Positions 1 to 12,135 of a stretch of DNA of 64,000 nucleotides are shown here, in pieces. Both the position numbers and the translations under genes were made by a program. Origin of the DNA: Thalia democratica (Eukaryota); assembly GCA_965202585.1 (NCBI GenBank), contig OZ241831.1, forward strand, positions 13,764,001 to 13,828,000, read 5' to 3'. The notes under the pieces were generated by a model. The model was not told where the DNA came from and did not search any database. It saw only the letters and a program-made list of their open reading frames with translations. The stretch's first letter is position 1. Every line of letters starts with the position of its first letter.

Positions 1-2020
1 TTATTAAAGTAAATTAAAATATAAATTAATGTGTAATTTTTTTTTTCATGAATGAATTACAATATTTTGTCTAGATTTAAATTTTTATTATTGACAAGTT
101 TAAGATTAAGTAATCTAATTAAAAATAAAAATAAAACTACTTTGGAATGTGTATTAAGCAACAGCTTAAATAAAACCATATTTTTAAGTACTATGTTTTT
201 GAAAGAACTAACGATTGATTATAAATAAAAAAAATAAAACATTCAACTTAAATAGTTTACCAGCTAAAGAATTGCCTAACTAAAATAAAAACAGTATGAA
301 ACGCAGAAAAATTTAATCTTAGAGTTTTGAATTTTCACACTATAGACTGGATTTATCATATGATCATTGAGTACTTCTAACACAATAAAACAACTTTTTT
401 TCTGAACGCATATATATTTCAACAGTTTTCTTCAATGTTTATACAAATGTTGTAATAACCACGACTTTACTTATATAGATTTTTGTATAATCAACAAAAA
501 AGAAAATTATTCAAATTAAACCGAGCGTAAACAATTAATCTAGGTAAAGATGTGTTATAACTACAATTAAAAAAATAAATTATATAAACAGATGACGAAA
601 CTGAGTAATCAAATTCTTTCTTGTTGCGTAAAGTTGGTTTCAAATGTATATACCATAGTTTAAATTTGACTAGATCAAAAACATCATAACATTCTTTCAA
701 TTTACTAAAACTTGTTCACCAAAACTTTTTGCCCAGTTTGGATTCTTAATTAAGTGTCGTGCTATTTATGATTTTTTAAAGTGTGTACAATAAAATCTTA
801 CTTGAAAAAGTTTGGACGCAAAATATAAATACAACATACTATTACTAAATTCTAAATATTCTAAATATTAATTTTAAACTTTAGAAACAACTAGAATTTA
901 TTTTTAGAACATTTTAAATGTGTTTTTGTGTAAGAGAACAAGTAGGGTAGCTATAGTTAACAAGTTATTAGAAATTAAATTTGTTTATAAGTTTTTAACG
1001 TAATACCTGTGTAGTGTTTTAACAATAATCAGGATTTTGAACATTTACAATAAGCATTAGTTAAATGAAAAACTTTATAAATTAACGGTAGTAAATGTTA
1101 TTTTAAACACATATAAAAAATTTAAATGGCTGTTAACATCGAGGTCAAGAAAGAAGCTTTTTTAAATATAACACTGATTTTTATCAAGCCTAGCCTGGTC
1201 ACAAACCAACTTTCCTAATAAAAATTACTCGCGGTAACGCGGGACTCGTGTTTTAAAAAAAAAGTTATTTTTTTGCCGCTCTTTTTTAAATAACTGTTGA
1301 AATTAACAATAATAAACATGTATTAATAAACAACATTATAAGTATTTATATAAAATAGCACTGCATTAAACCATAAGTGACAAACAAGGAATAATAGTAC
1401 ACTAGCTATGTACTAATTTAAAACTAATACTTAACTTTAACTTTTTATAGCCAGAGTTATTTTATATTGGTATAAAATATTTTTTTTTGCTAAAAAGTAC
1501 ATCGTGAAATTACTTTCTACTGTAAAAATACTTCAAACTTACACGAGGTTTAATAGCTACAAAGCAAAAATATTTATCTTAGCTTACAAAAATTTTTCAA
1601 GTTTTGGTTTTAAACAAATTTTTAGTTCTTACGTTTAAACTTTCTTTTAGTATACGTTATAAAAACTTGTTTCTATCCTCCATAACTTTATTATGCTTGA
1701 TTTGTGGCTTTAATTACAAACGCGCTAAAAATTTATGTTGAATAGTGAATCCACATTAGAATCAAGGCTGTCAAAATAAAATTTTGATTTACACAAATAA
1801 AAAAAAGCTCATTTTCTTCAGTGGCTTTTAAGCACATTTGTATGAAATTAAATTCTATCACTGCTGATTAAATGAAATGTAAAAGTGAAGTTTTATTTAA
1901 CAACTTATACCCAGTGATCAACACATAAAAAAAAAGGTAACTACCTTGCTTGTTGTGGCACCAATATCAAGCCAAGATTGTATAGTCAGCCTTATAATCA
2001 CAAATTATACACTAATCTTT

Positions 2021-2213
2021 CTTTATTGTACCAACATATGTTTCTGTGTGTTAACGAATCAACACACTTAAACTGGGTTCTGTAAAAAAATAAATACTGT
2101 AATGAAACTTCAAATAACATTTAAAATTTATAATTGAGTAATGAAAGAATAGAAGCTAAAGTTGAAGTGTATTGATTTGTTAACACACAGAAACATATGT
2201 TGGTACAATAAAG
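2021..2213. repeat. Inverted repeat (49-bp arms, 47/49 match), small foldback element
   Basis: 2021-2069 versus 2165-2213; weaker similarity extends about 20 bp outward. Confidence 0.85.
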
Positions 2214-2762
2214 GAATATTACTTTATAATTTGTTTTTATTTATAATCCAGTGAACTTGTTTCACTAGGATCTTTTGTTAGCAAACACTTAAATCTATAT
2301 TTTGAACAGATATAGCCTTATAATCATAATTTTTTCAATGTCTTTTTTAATGATTTGGTGATTAATTAGGATGATGTTGCACTGATATCAAATTGAAAAT
2401 ATATAATGTTTGATGTATTTTTAACCCTAATTATATGCTAAAAATCAATCTTTTAATTCTTATATGTTTAATCTAAAACGATAAATTTAAAAAAGCTATG
2501 TGAATACATAGTAAGATATAAATTTATTTATGACTAACTAAAATATTTAATTGACATTATTTTACAATATCATAATCGATATAAATTGTTAAATTGACAT
2601 AAAGGCTTTATATTGTAAAATATTAGCGATTAAATATTTAAGTTTTATTAGTTTATGATAAATAAGTCCTATTTTATTTATGTATTTGTAAAGTATAAAT
2701 TTTTAGCCAAAAAGTATGGTTAAAAATGACATCCAATATAATATATTTCAGTTTGATATTGG

Positions 2763-3168
2763 CAGGGTTGCCACTCTTTGAGTCAAAAAATCTTCCCTAA
2801 GTAACCTTAAACTTTCCTGAGTTTCCCTGAGTTTTTTCCAAATCCTTAAATCTTTTTTTATTTATTAAAAAATTACCATGTTAATTCTACTAATGTTAAA
2901 GAAATTGCCACAAGGCTAAAAAATTCTATATAAGCACTTAAAAATGAATAAAATTAACTTCTTTGAACAAATATTAAAACTGGATCAACTAAATCTCATT
3001 CTATATCTAGAAAAAAACTTCCCTGAGATTTTTTTAAAAATCTTAGAATTTCCCTGTAATTTTTAGCAAAAACCAAAACTGCCCTGAGTTTCCCTGAGTT
3101 AAAAAAGAGAATCAAAATTCCCTGAGTTTCCCTGAATTCCTTAAGTTCCCTGAGATGTGGCAACCCTG
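2763..3168. mobile_element. hAT-like MITE, TIR cagggttgccac, with many ccctgag subterminal motifs
   Basis: cagggttgccac...gtggcaaccctg; flanked by tattgg on both sides; an empty-site homologue gatattggtgc occurs near 3745. Confidence 0.85.
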
Positions 3169-3978
3169 TATTGGTGCGACATCATCCTAGGTAATTACCC
3201 ATAATTTAAGACCAAAAATCAATATTATTAGCCTAATATGTTTACTCTAAAAAGGTACTTTGATATAATACATAAAAAAAACTTGATATTTATTCTATTT
3301 TGTTTTACAATATCATATTATTATGTTGTTAATTGAGCAATGTTGGACTCTAGAATCAAAACCTAAGCCACATATAATAACAATTTTTAATCAATGTTTA
3401 ACTGTATACCAACAAGCTGAATGCAAAAAACTTAAATCAATTTTAAGTTGTTAAATAAAAGTATATAAGTATTTAATTTTTATTAATTTATGATAAATAA
3501 ATTTAGTTCTATATATGTGTTTATTGTAACGTGTTTAGATAATTATCTTTTTAGACTAAAAATATTTGGCTAAGACATCAATGTTTAGCCTACAATTATG
3601 GTTAAAATTACATTGAATATAAGTATGAATATAAGGCTAACTATATATTAGATACGTGTAAAACGTTTAAACTTAGTGAACAATACAAAAATTAGTTGTT
3701 ATTTTTGTATTACAAAACATAAGACTAACTATATAGTTTTAGTTGATATTGGTGCAACATCATGCTAGGTAGTTACTAAAGATATTTTTGGGTTTGTGGC
3801 TTTTTTTATTATAACTACATGCAGGGTTGCCACTCTATGATTCAAAAAAAGTGTGCACAAACTGTAGGCGTGGCCTTAAACTGTCCTAGGTTATCCTGAG
3901 TTTATTAGGTAACCATTAATTAAAAGATAATTTTCTAATTCAATAAAAGTTGAGTTCTACAAAGTAATTGGCTATAAA

Positions 3979-4316
3979 CAGGGTTGCCAAAAACCTGGAA
4001 AACCTAGAATTCAAGAAATTTTGAAAAAAACATGTAATTTTAAACAATTTATACTTGTTAAGTTTTAAAGTTTTTGTTTGACACAAAAAATCTAACATGT
4101 AGATAAATAGTCTATGTCATTAACAAAATATTTTTTATCAAAAACACATTTAAAGTAGCTTCACATTATCTTTTCAAATTTGTTATACTGCTTAGCACAG
4201 TTTTTTACCTTAAACTTAGCTTTAAACTAAAAATAGACAATAAAATGTGTACTATTAAAACCTGGGAGATATTCAGAAAACCTAGAAGAAATTTCTCAAA
4301 AAATTTTGCAACCCTG
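3979..4316. mobile_element. hAT-like MITE (cagggttgcca...tgcaaccctg) nested in a related element starting at 3822
   Basis: TIRs at both ends; flanks tataaa/tgtaaa; repeated aaacctgg/aaacctag motifs. Confidence 0.75.
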
Positions 4317-6520
4317 TGTAAATTGACAAAATATTAAGAATAAAAAAAGTAAATCTCAAGTTTAAATCCAAAAAAAAATACATAGGTTTTTATCAGGTGT
4401 AAAAACTATCTGAGTGTTTTATAAAAAAACCTATCATAAGTCAATTTGAGTTTCAAAAAAAAAACAATCATAATGTCCAGAGTAATACCAAGTTATCCTG
4501 GATATCCTGAGCCCTGAAGTTTTTTTTTGTTGGTAGAAAAATTGACTTTTACCAATAAACATTTTTTGAAGGTCAAGCAAGTTGTCATCAACTGTAATTC
4601 TACCTGCCCCTTAAAAATTAACATTAAACTTACCAAAAAAAAAAATTCTATTTATCTGAAAATGTTCCTTAGTGACACACTTTATAAGGCAAACATTCAC
4701 AAGGTTAAAATCTTAACATTGGAAGCCACAAAGTGTAAGAGATTTATGAAGCTCAAGTATTTGCCAACACTGCAAAAAAAAAAAACCATTAACAATCCAA
4801 TCAAGTATCCAAACTATTAAAGGGGCACTGATGCTGATTTAGTAAATAAATTGCTATCTCAGACTCAAACACTAGTTGACAAGCATAACAAAAATAACAG
4901 TAGCTAGATTACAAAAGCCCAGCTACACATAGATGATAAAACTTCAAAATGTCATATGTTTGTTGTTATTTTCAAAGTGAAAACTGTTATGTTTTAAAGT
5001 ATAACATTTAAGCCTGCAAGTTGACACATGTAGAAAAATATTAAGAGTTTGAATTGTCTCTAGAAAAAAAAATACATATGAATGTCAAAAATTATAAATT
5101 TAAAAATACTTATTGAACAAACCTAAAGCACAACAAAATTTTACAAGTGCCCACAATAAAAACACAAATAATAATATCAATCTTACTAAAATGAACCCTC
5201 AAACAGCTGTAACAAAAATAGAACTCAACAACAGATTTCAATAAAAATAAAATTAAAGAATCTTTTTTATTCCTTTTCAAAGATATATAATTATCAAGGG
5301 TAAGTATGTTAACTCTCTCAGGGTGGCTATTTAAGATGTATCCTGGAATTATAAAAGTTTAACAAAATCATGAATCTTAATATCTCTTGGAAAAAACCTA
5401 GAAAACATTAAGCCTGAATTATTTGGAAAAATCTGTTAACATGAGTAAAATCACATTTATATACAAACTTATAAGAAAAGTATTTTATGAGTAAAGTAAA
5501 ACAATAAATATTTAAAGAAACAAAAATTCTAAAAGTCATAAAAGCTTGCTCAACACATGTTAAATTTAAGTTAAGATTAGACTGGAAAATCTACAAAGGA
5601 TTGCTTTAAAACTGCAAGTAAATTTTCAATCAAATAGTCTTTTTTGCCTTTTAAATTGGTCTTTTCATAAGAAATCTTAACAGGCTTACTTACTAATTAG
5701 TAAGTGCTTAACTTATATTTCTGTTAGTCTGGGAATAAAAAGTTTTACAACAGGATTACTTGCACTTCAATAAATTTGGAACAAGAACTGAAACCTAAAT
5801 CACTTGAAAAAAAAGACTTCTTGCACTCTTGATTTAAAAAAGTCCAACTACTGTTATAATATTTAGAAAATAGTTCACAAAAAGGGAAACTGTTATATAA
5901 AAAGTTCCTTTGAAATTTTACATAATAGATTACAAACTTAACTTGTAACAAGGTCAATTCTCAAAGCAAGTGTACAACTAAATTACCATTTAAAATGTCA
6001 ATCAAATTAAATTTATAACTTAAACTGCAATTAGTTGTTTTAGATATAAAATAGAAAAATATTATCATAAAAATAATTTACTGAACAAAAAAGTGCTCAA
6101 AAACAAAATGTTCCAAGGACCTAGTGTAAAAAAAAAACTTTTTGATTATAGAGTTGTACATTACTTGGAATCAGTTTAAAATTTAGTTCATGACATGGTT
6201 TAGAAAGAACAAAAAAATATTTCAGTTTCTTTATTTATAGTGTTTCAAAATAAATATTTTTTAAACCTTTTTAATCTAATTTAATCTTTTTTATCTGGGG
6301 AACTAATCTAAAATTTTGACTAAATTAAAAGTTTAAACTTTGCTAATTTCTAATTCAATTAATAACAAAGTTTAATATCTTTTAATATTAACTACTGTGA
6401 GCATGACTGAAAATAATTGCTGTAAAAATACTGTGGTCAACACACATTGGGATAGCAACTTGAGGTTGACTTATTTGGTGATTTAAAACTTAAACTAAGT
6501 GTTTTATTTTTTCGTATAGG

Positions 6521-6890
6521 CAGGTTTGCCACTTTTTCAGTCAAAAAATAACTGCCCTGAATACTTTTAACTGTCATAAGTCATCTTGAGTTTTTCAAAT
6601 CTTAAAAGTATTTTTTAATGTTTCAAATTTAGTAAAAATAAATTTGTTCAACAAAATTGGTTTATAAAATGTTTAAGTTTTACAACTAAATTAACTAAAT
6701 TTCATTCAAAACTGTAAGAATTCTTTCCTGAGATTTATTAAAAAGTTAAAAAATATCTTGAGTTTTTCATATAAAAAAAAACTGTTTTGAGTCAGCCAGA
6801 GTATAAAAATAAAATTCAAAATATCCTAAGCTGTCCTGATTCATCCTGTGATTTAAAAAACTTCAAAATAACCTGAGTGTGGTAACCTTG
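6521..6890. mobile_element. Degenerate copy of the 2763-3168 MITE family
   Basis: caggtttgccac...gtggtaaccttg, internal cctgag motifs, atagg on both flanks. Confidence 0.75.
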
Positions 6891-9800
6891 ATAGGACAGT
6901 ATATCTTCATTTAAAGACTTTTTTATGTGCTGCTTTAAGTAATTTAGAAGTTATTAAAACTTAAACACAACCAATTTGTTTTCAGTTTAAAAATTTCTCA
7001 AAACATATTAGTCATATAATTAATGCCCCAAACAACTACACAAATGTATATAAAATACTTAAATGTTAAGAAAATTGGCAGTTAAAAAGTAAATTTTTTA
7101 CAATTTTGAATATCCATGTTATTTTTTAATGGAAATAATTTCATATCAGACAAAAATAGCAAAAAAAAAGCCATATTTAAGTATTTCATATACATTTGTA
7201 AAAAAAGTATTATAAAGGCTGATCACTGGATCTAAAAGCTGGATCTGGCTTTAGCTTGCCAAGATGCAGACATGACCTTGTTTTTAAACTGAGAACCAGC
7301 CAGAGCCAGTTTTGTTTTGGAAAATCAAAATCTGTAAGGATATGTTAGGGTTTATTTACAGACATTTATGTTTTGCAAAAAAAAAGTTATAGGTTCCTAA
7401 AAGCAATAGCTTAATGTTTTTTTTTGAAAAAAAAAAGAATTAAAAAAAAGAAATCAAGTTCAAAAATAAGTTTAGTTGTTTTTTAATAAATGCTATACTT
7501 TTTAATTTTTAAACTTTTTCATTTTCATCAATGAATACCAATATTAAGTTCACCCAATTATGCATTTTTAATTAAAATTTGAATACTTAATGTCAAGATG
7601 CTTTTGTTTATGTTTTTACGCATCAATGAGTTCAGATTCAAATTTGCAATTGTCTAAATGTTATTTACTGTATTGAATTTATTTGACAAGGTCAGCTAAC
7701 GCTCACCACAGCGTTATAAACAAAGATAGTAAAACACCAAAAAAAAGTTTTTCTACGTATTAAAAGACAATTTTTGATAAAAACTATAATAAACTTAAGT
7801 TGTAGTTATTTTTAAACTGAAAAAAGCAAAAAATTATCTTTTAACTTGACACTAATCTTATAACTTTTCAAAATTATATATAATGCTAATAATTTTTTTT
7901 TAAAGAAGAAACCTAGCTTTACACAACTATAGTTATAATTAAGCAATCTTTTACCTAAATTATTTTGAATTTATATTTACTAAAAAAGTCATTTTTTGCT
8001 TCACCCTTTTTTCAACCCGTAAAGCATAATCAAATCTGCTTTGTTTGTTGACAAATCAACCAGTGCAGATCAATTTTTAGAAATATGTTTTTGAGTTACT
8101 GTAAATGACTTAACTTTACTGTAAATAATTTAAAATAACTTATTTTAAAGCAAATGTAAACATAAACACATTTTAGAATCTGGTAAAGCTATGTGATTAA
8201 TGAAATAAGATGGTAAACTTCCTCTTCCAGCCATAATGTCTTATATTTTTTTTTAAATAATACATTCTTGATTTAAGAAATGTTGGCGAACATTTTTACT
8301 TTCATCAGTTTAAAATTTTTGATAGATATAGAATTGGTTGCTGGTTTTTGTATTTTCTTATATGCTTGGTAATTCTCTGCATAAATTAGAGATGCCACAC
8401 ACTCAGGGTACATTAACTTTAAAGTTGGTTAGACTTTCTTGTTAAACATCATTAATTAGAAAATAAAGGTAGATTGTTCTTGATATGTGTTGGGTTTAAA
8501 AATTTTATGTTATCAATTAAAATAGCAGTTGGTACTAAAAAGTATTATATTACTGATTCCAATTAAAATAAAATTAAGTTATTCTATATTTTATACTCAG
8601 TTTCAATGTTCTAAATTTAGAAACTCTGTGGACCCATGTTTGATATTCCTTAATGCTTGAGACAAAACATAACTATCTATAGAGAATTACTAATTAAGAC
8701 ACATTGAATGTTTACAAGTATGGCTTTAAATCATAAACTATACATAAAAATATTTTATACTTTTTCTTACCTCAAAAATAAAATAATTTCGGTTAATTTT
8801 TCATATTAAGTTTAAATAAAAAGAAAAGCTTAACTTTTTGATTAAGTTTTATAAATTTCTTTTGACAAAGTTGGTTCATATGAAAATAAATTTTCAACAG
8901 ACTGAATAAGTTTTTGTGTTTGCATACACAACTTTTATATGACTGTAATTACTATTCCAAAACATAATTATTTCAGGTAAGGGTAATTTATCTAACACTA
9001 CTAAGAACTAGTATTTATATTATTATAATTAAGATTATGTGTGTAATAAAATTTTTGGATTGCCTTGAAAAAGTTTATTATCTTGTGTTGTCAAATTTAG
9101 TGTTTATATTCTCAGCCTAAGAGTTCTTACAATTTGATATTGGTTAGTAATTAACAATTCAATTAAAAATGAGTAACATCATTATTGTAAACTTTTTATA
9201 AAAATTTTATTTTTTATTTTTAATAACTCAAGTTTAATAGTTATAATTTAAATAAAAAAGTCAATTAGAAATACTAAAGACTTCAAACTCATTTTAGTTT
9301 TATATCAGTTTTGTATATAAATATTTGACGTGACTAACAGTTCTCAAACCTAAATAACTAAAAAATATATATTTTAAATTAATGGTAAGTTTTTGACATA
9401 ATACAAAATAAATTAATTTTTTTTTAAATTTATTGCTGACAAAAGAAGCATCAAGGCTTAAGAAATTTCTCAACTAATAGTATTGGATAGTTTTGTTGTA
9501 TCTGTTTAACCATTTAAAAAACTTATAGTTAAATTGTAAAAATAAATTTAAAATACTTTAAGTATGCTAAAAAAGTTTCTATAGTATTTATGTTATTTTC
9601 ATCTCAAGGATATTAAATATAGTTTATAATTATGTCAAGGAGTAAAAGAGGTGCAAAAGAAGAGCCTCAACAACCTAAAGTTAGTTGTTATTTTTCTAAT
9701 TTCTAACAAAATAGTTTCATTACCTAATGTCTTTTATTTGTTGTTAGGCCATCAAGTAAATGTGGGCACTCATCATGCCTGCAAGTTACGTCTTTTGCAT

Positions 9801-10090
9801 GCCAGACTTTAAAACAACAAAGTATTAAGCAAGCTGCCTAATTTTAAAAACTAGTTTTATGAAATAATTTTTTTTCTAAGAAAAAATATTATAAAATGGT
9901 TATTTAATAAGCACTACTGTATACTAAAAAAGGTTTTCACACACTAATTCTAATCAGGATAACTTAGACAGTTTTAAATTTTGGAAAAAAATCAGCTGAC
10001 TCATAATTTATTTAAAAAAACTTATGCTAGTTAAGATAATTATTGTAATTATTTAGGCTAGTTTTTATAAATTTTTTCTTAGTTTGTTTT

Positions 10091-10585
10091 TAGAAAACAC
10101 TTTTTCACAATTTGATTTTATTTTATAGAGTTTTAACTAAGCTACAAGATGCATTTTTAGTTAATGAATTTAAAAATTCAAAATTATTTTTGAGATATAG
10201 CAGGTCAAAGTCAGAGGCAAATTTGGTTCCTTATGGGCGGCACGAAATAAAACGGCAAAAAAAGACTATTTAACTAAAAGTCTATCTTCTTCTACATCTT
10301 TTGAGATAAATACCTCAATCTTTCAGGAAATGTTCCTTGCAATATCTAAAAAATTCTATTGGAAGTAATTTTTAAATTATTAAAAAATCTCAAAAAACAT
10401 AGATTTTTAGTGATTTCTTGCTATTCACTCTTTTAGTTTGTGCCTCCCATAAGGAACTTATTGAAGTATCTGACTTTGACCGGCTATATCTCAAAAGTTG
10501 TCTGTAACTTTTGAAAATCTGTAAAAAGCAACTTGTAGCTTGATTAAAACTAAATAAAATAAGACAAAATTGTAAAAAGGGTGAT
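10091..10585. mobile_element. Older copy of the same long-TIR MITE family as 28618-29281
   Basis: Shares gctacaagat...gagatatag..ggtcaaagtc.gaggcaa...cgaaataaaacggcaaaa and its inverted counterpart; ends eroded. Confidence 0.75.
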
Positions 10586-10757
10586 TAACTTTTTTTAAAA
10601 CTAAATAAATGTTCATATTCGAAAGCATTTTATAGCTTATACTTGAGCTTTTTAGTATGGGTCCTCAATACCTTAACGGTGCTCATGTTTTTTAAAAATC
10701 TTGTAAAATGAGGTAAATTTTATTGTTATAGAAAATAGATAAGTTATAGAAAATTAG

Positions 10758-11040
10758 TAGGATTGTCACACACTCAAGGTACTCAAAATAACTCTGAATA
10801 TTTAAAATTCTAGAAACCTCAGGATAACTACAGATATTTTGATTTTTATAAAATTCTCAGGAAAATTTAAAGATTTTTTTGAAAGTCTCCAGATAGAATT
10901 TTTTCTAGATCTAGAATGAGATTTAGTTGATCCAGTTCCAATATTTTGTTATTTTTCTATAACCAATTATATGTCAAGAACATGATTTTTATTAGTTTTG
11001 AAATGCTTCTTTAAAATTTCTTCAAGCCTTGCTCTAGTTC
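10758..11040 (-). mobile_element. Partial inverted copy of the 2763-3168 MITE family
   Basis: ctagaatgagatttagttgatccagt is the reverse complement of actggatcaactaaatctcattcta near 2980; degenerate TIR at 10758. Confidence 0.65.
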
Positions 11041-11369
11041 TTTATTCTGTACTAATCTTAAAAATTGAAATATAGTTTTTGTTTTAAATCTATATTAATA
11101 TCTTGTGATTTGAGTTTATTTAAAATTTTTAAATTTAAAGTAAAGTTGACATTGAACTTATTAAATATGCATTCAAATGATTTCTTCATGTGGTAAGATT
11201 AAAAATAGTCAATTAAAATGTTAATAAAAAAAATCAAACTTAATTCTATTACAAAAAATTATCCACAAATTTGTTTTCTAATATGAATCGATTTAAACTT
11301 TTAACTTTCAATCTTCAAAAACAGTATTCTCATAAAGTAGTAAATAGTCAAAAATAAACATGAGATATA

Positions 11370-11430
11370 AGTAGTTTGCGCCAGAGGCGAAATTTTTTTA
11401 AATAATATAAAAAAAAAAGTCAGGATAACT
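11370..11430 (+). promoter_or_regulatory. Candidate ORC1 promoter with E2F-like near-matches
   Basis: CpG-containing gtttgcgccagaggcgaaattt in an otherwise CpG-poor background, about 660 nt upstream of exon 12041. ORC1 is an established E2F target, but both sites are imperfect. Confidence 0.3.
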
Positions 11431-12040
11431 CGAGGCTGTTTTTTGTCATTAAGGAAAGTTTTTTTGACTCTAATAGTGACAACTTTGAATTTCGAGATAA
11501 ATACTTGCAAAAGTAGTTTCAATTTTTTAAGATAAACAAAATACAAAACATTGAATATTTTTTATTAACTTATTTTAAAATGCTTTCTAAATTTGATAAT
11601 CTAGTAATTAGAAAGTAAAAATGTACAACCTTTAAAGGTATTTAAATTTATGTTTTAAAAGTTGTTGGAGAATTTATTTTAGAATATTTGTGTCATTAAA
11701 AATATACCAAAGTATACTTCATGAATGAATTGCATTAGCAGCATGGGTTTATAATTAACATTTAATATATTGTTTTGAACAAGTTAAGTTTTTTTAATTA
11801 AAACTTTTTTATAACTATACATTTGTTATATTAATTTTATTTTCATTCAAAATAATCAAAGTAAATTGTTAACCAAACTATTTAATTTAATATAAGTTTT
11901 ATAAAAACAGTGTATGTTAATATAAGTTGTTTTTTCAAAAGTACTGTATTTTTGCAACAACTTTACAAAGTTTCATCAACATTCTCCCAATGATATAGTT
12001 AATCTCGTTCTACAATTTTGATTTTTTTACTTTAACACAG

Positions 12041-12135
12041 TCAGTATTAGCCCACACATGGGGTGAAGAACTTGAAAAACCTACTCAATCAATGATAGAG
12101 TCATGTAGGGCTTTCTACAAGAGATACAATTTGAA
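12041..12135 (+). CDS. ORC1: ORC1 exon (N-terminal BAH start, [10 protein letters not shown]...YKRYNL)
   Basis: acacag| acceptor and |GTGAGA donor; its phase 2 end joins the next exon in frame. Confidence 0.75.

Noticed and set aside
4527-4820. 97-aa + strand ORF (also 11301-11546, 22457-22747, 31691-31879, 45707-45895, 54057-54278)
   Set aside because: Composition is dominated by K/F/L/I/N, typical of random AT-rich DNA, with non-ATG starts and no splice support.
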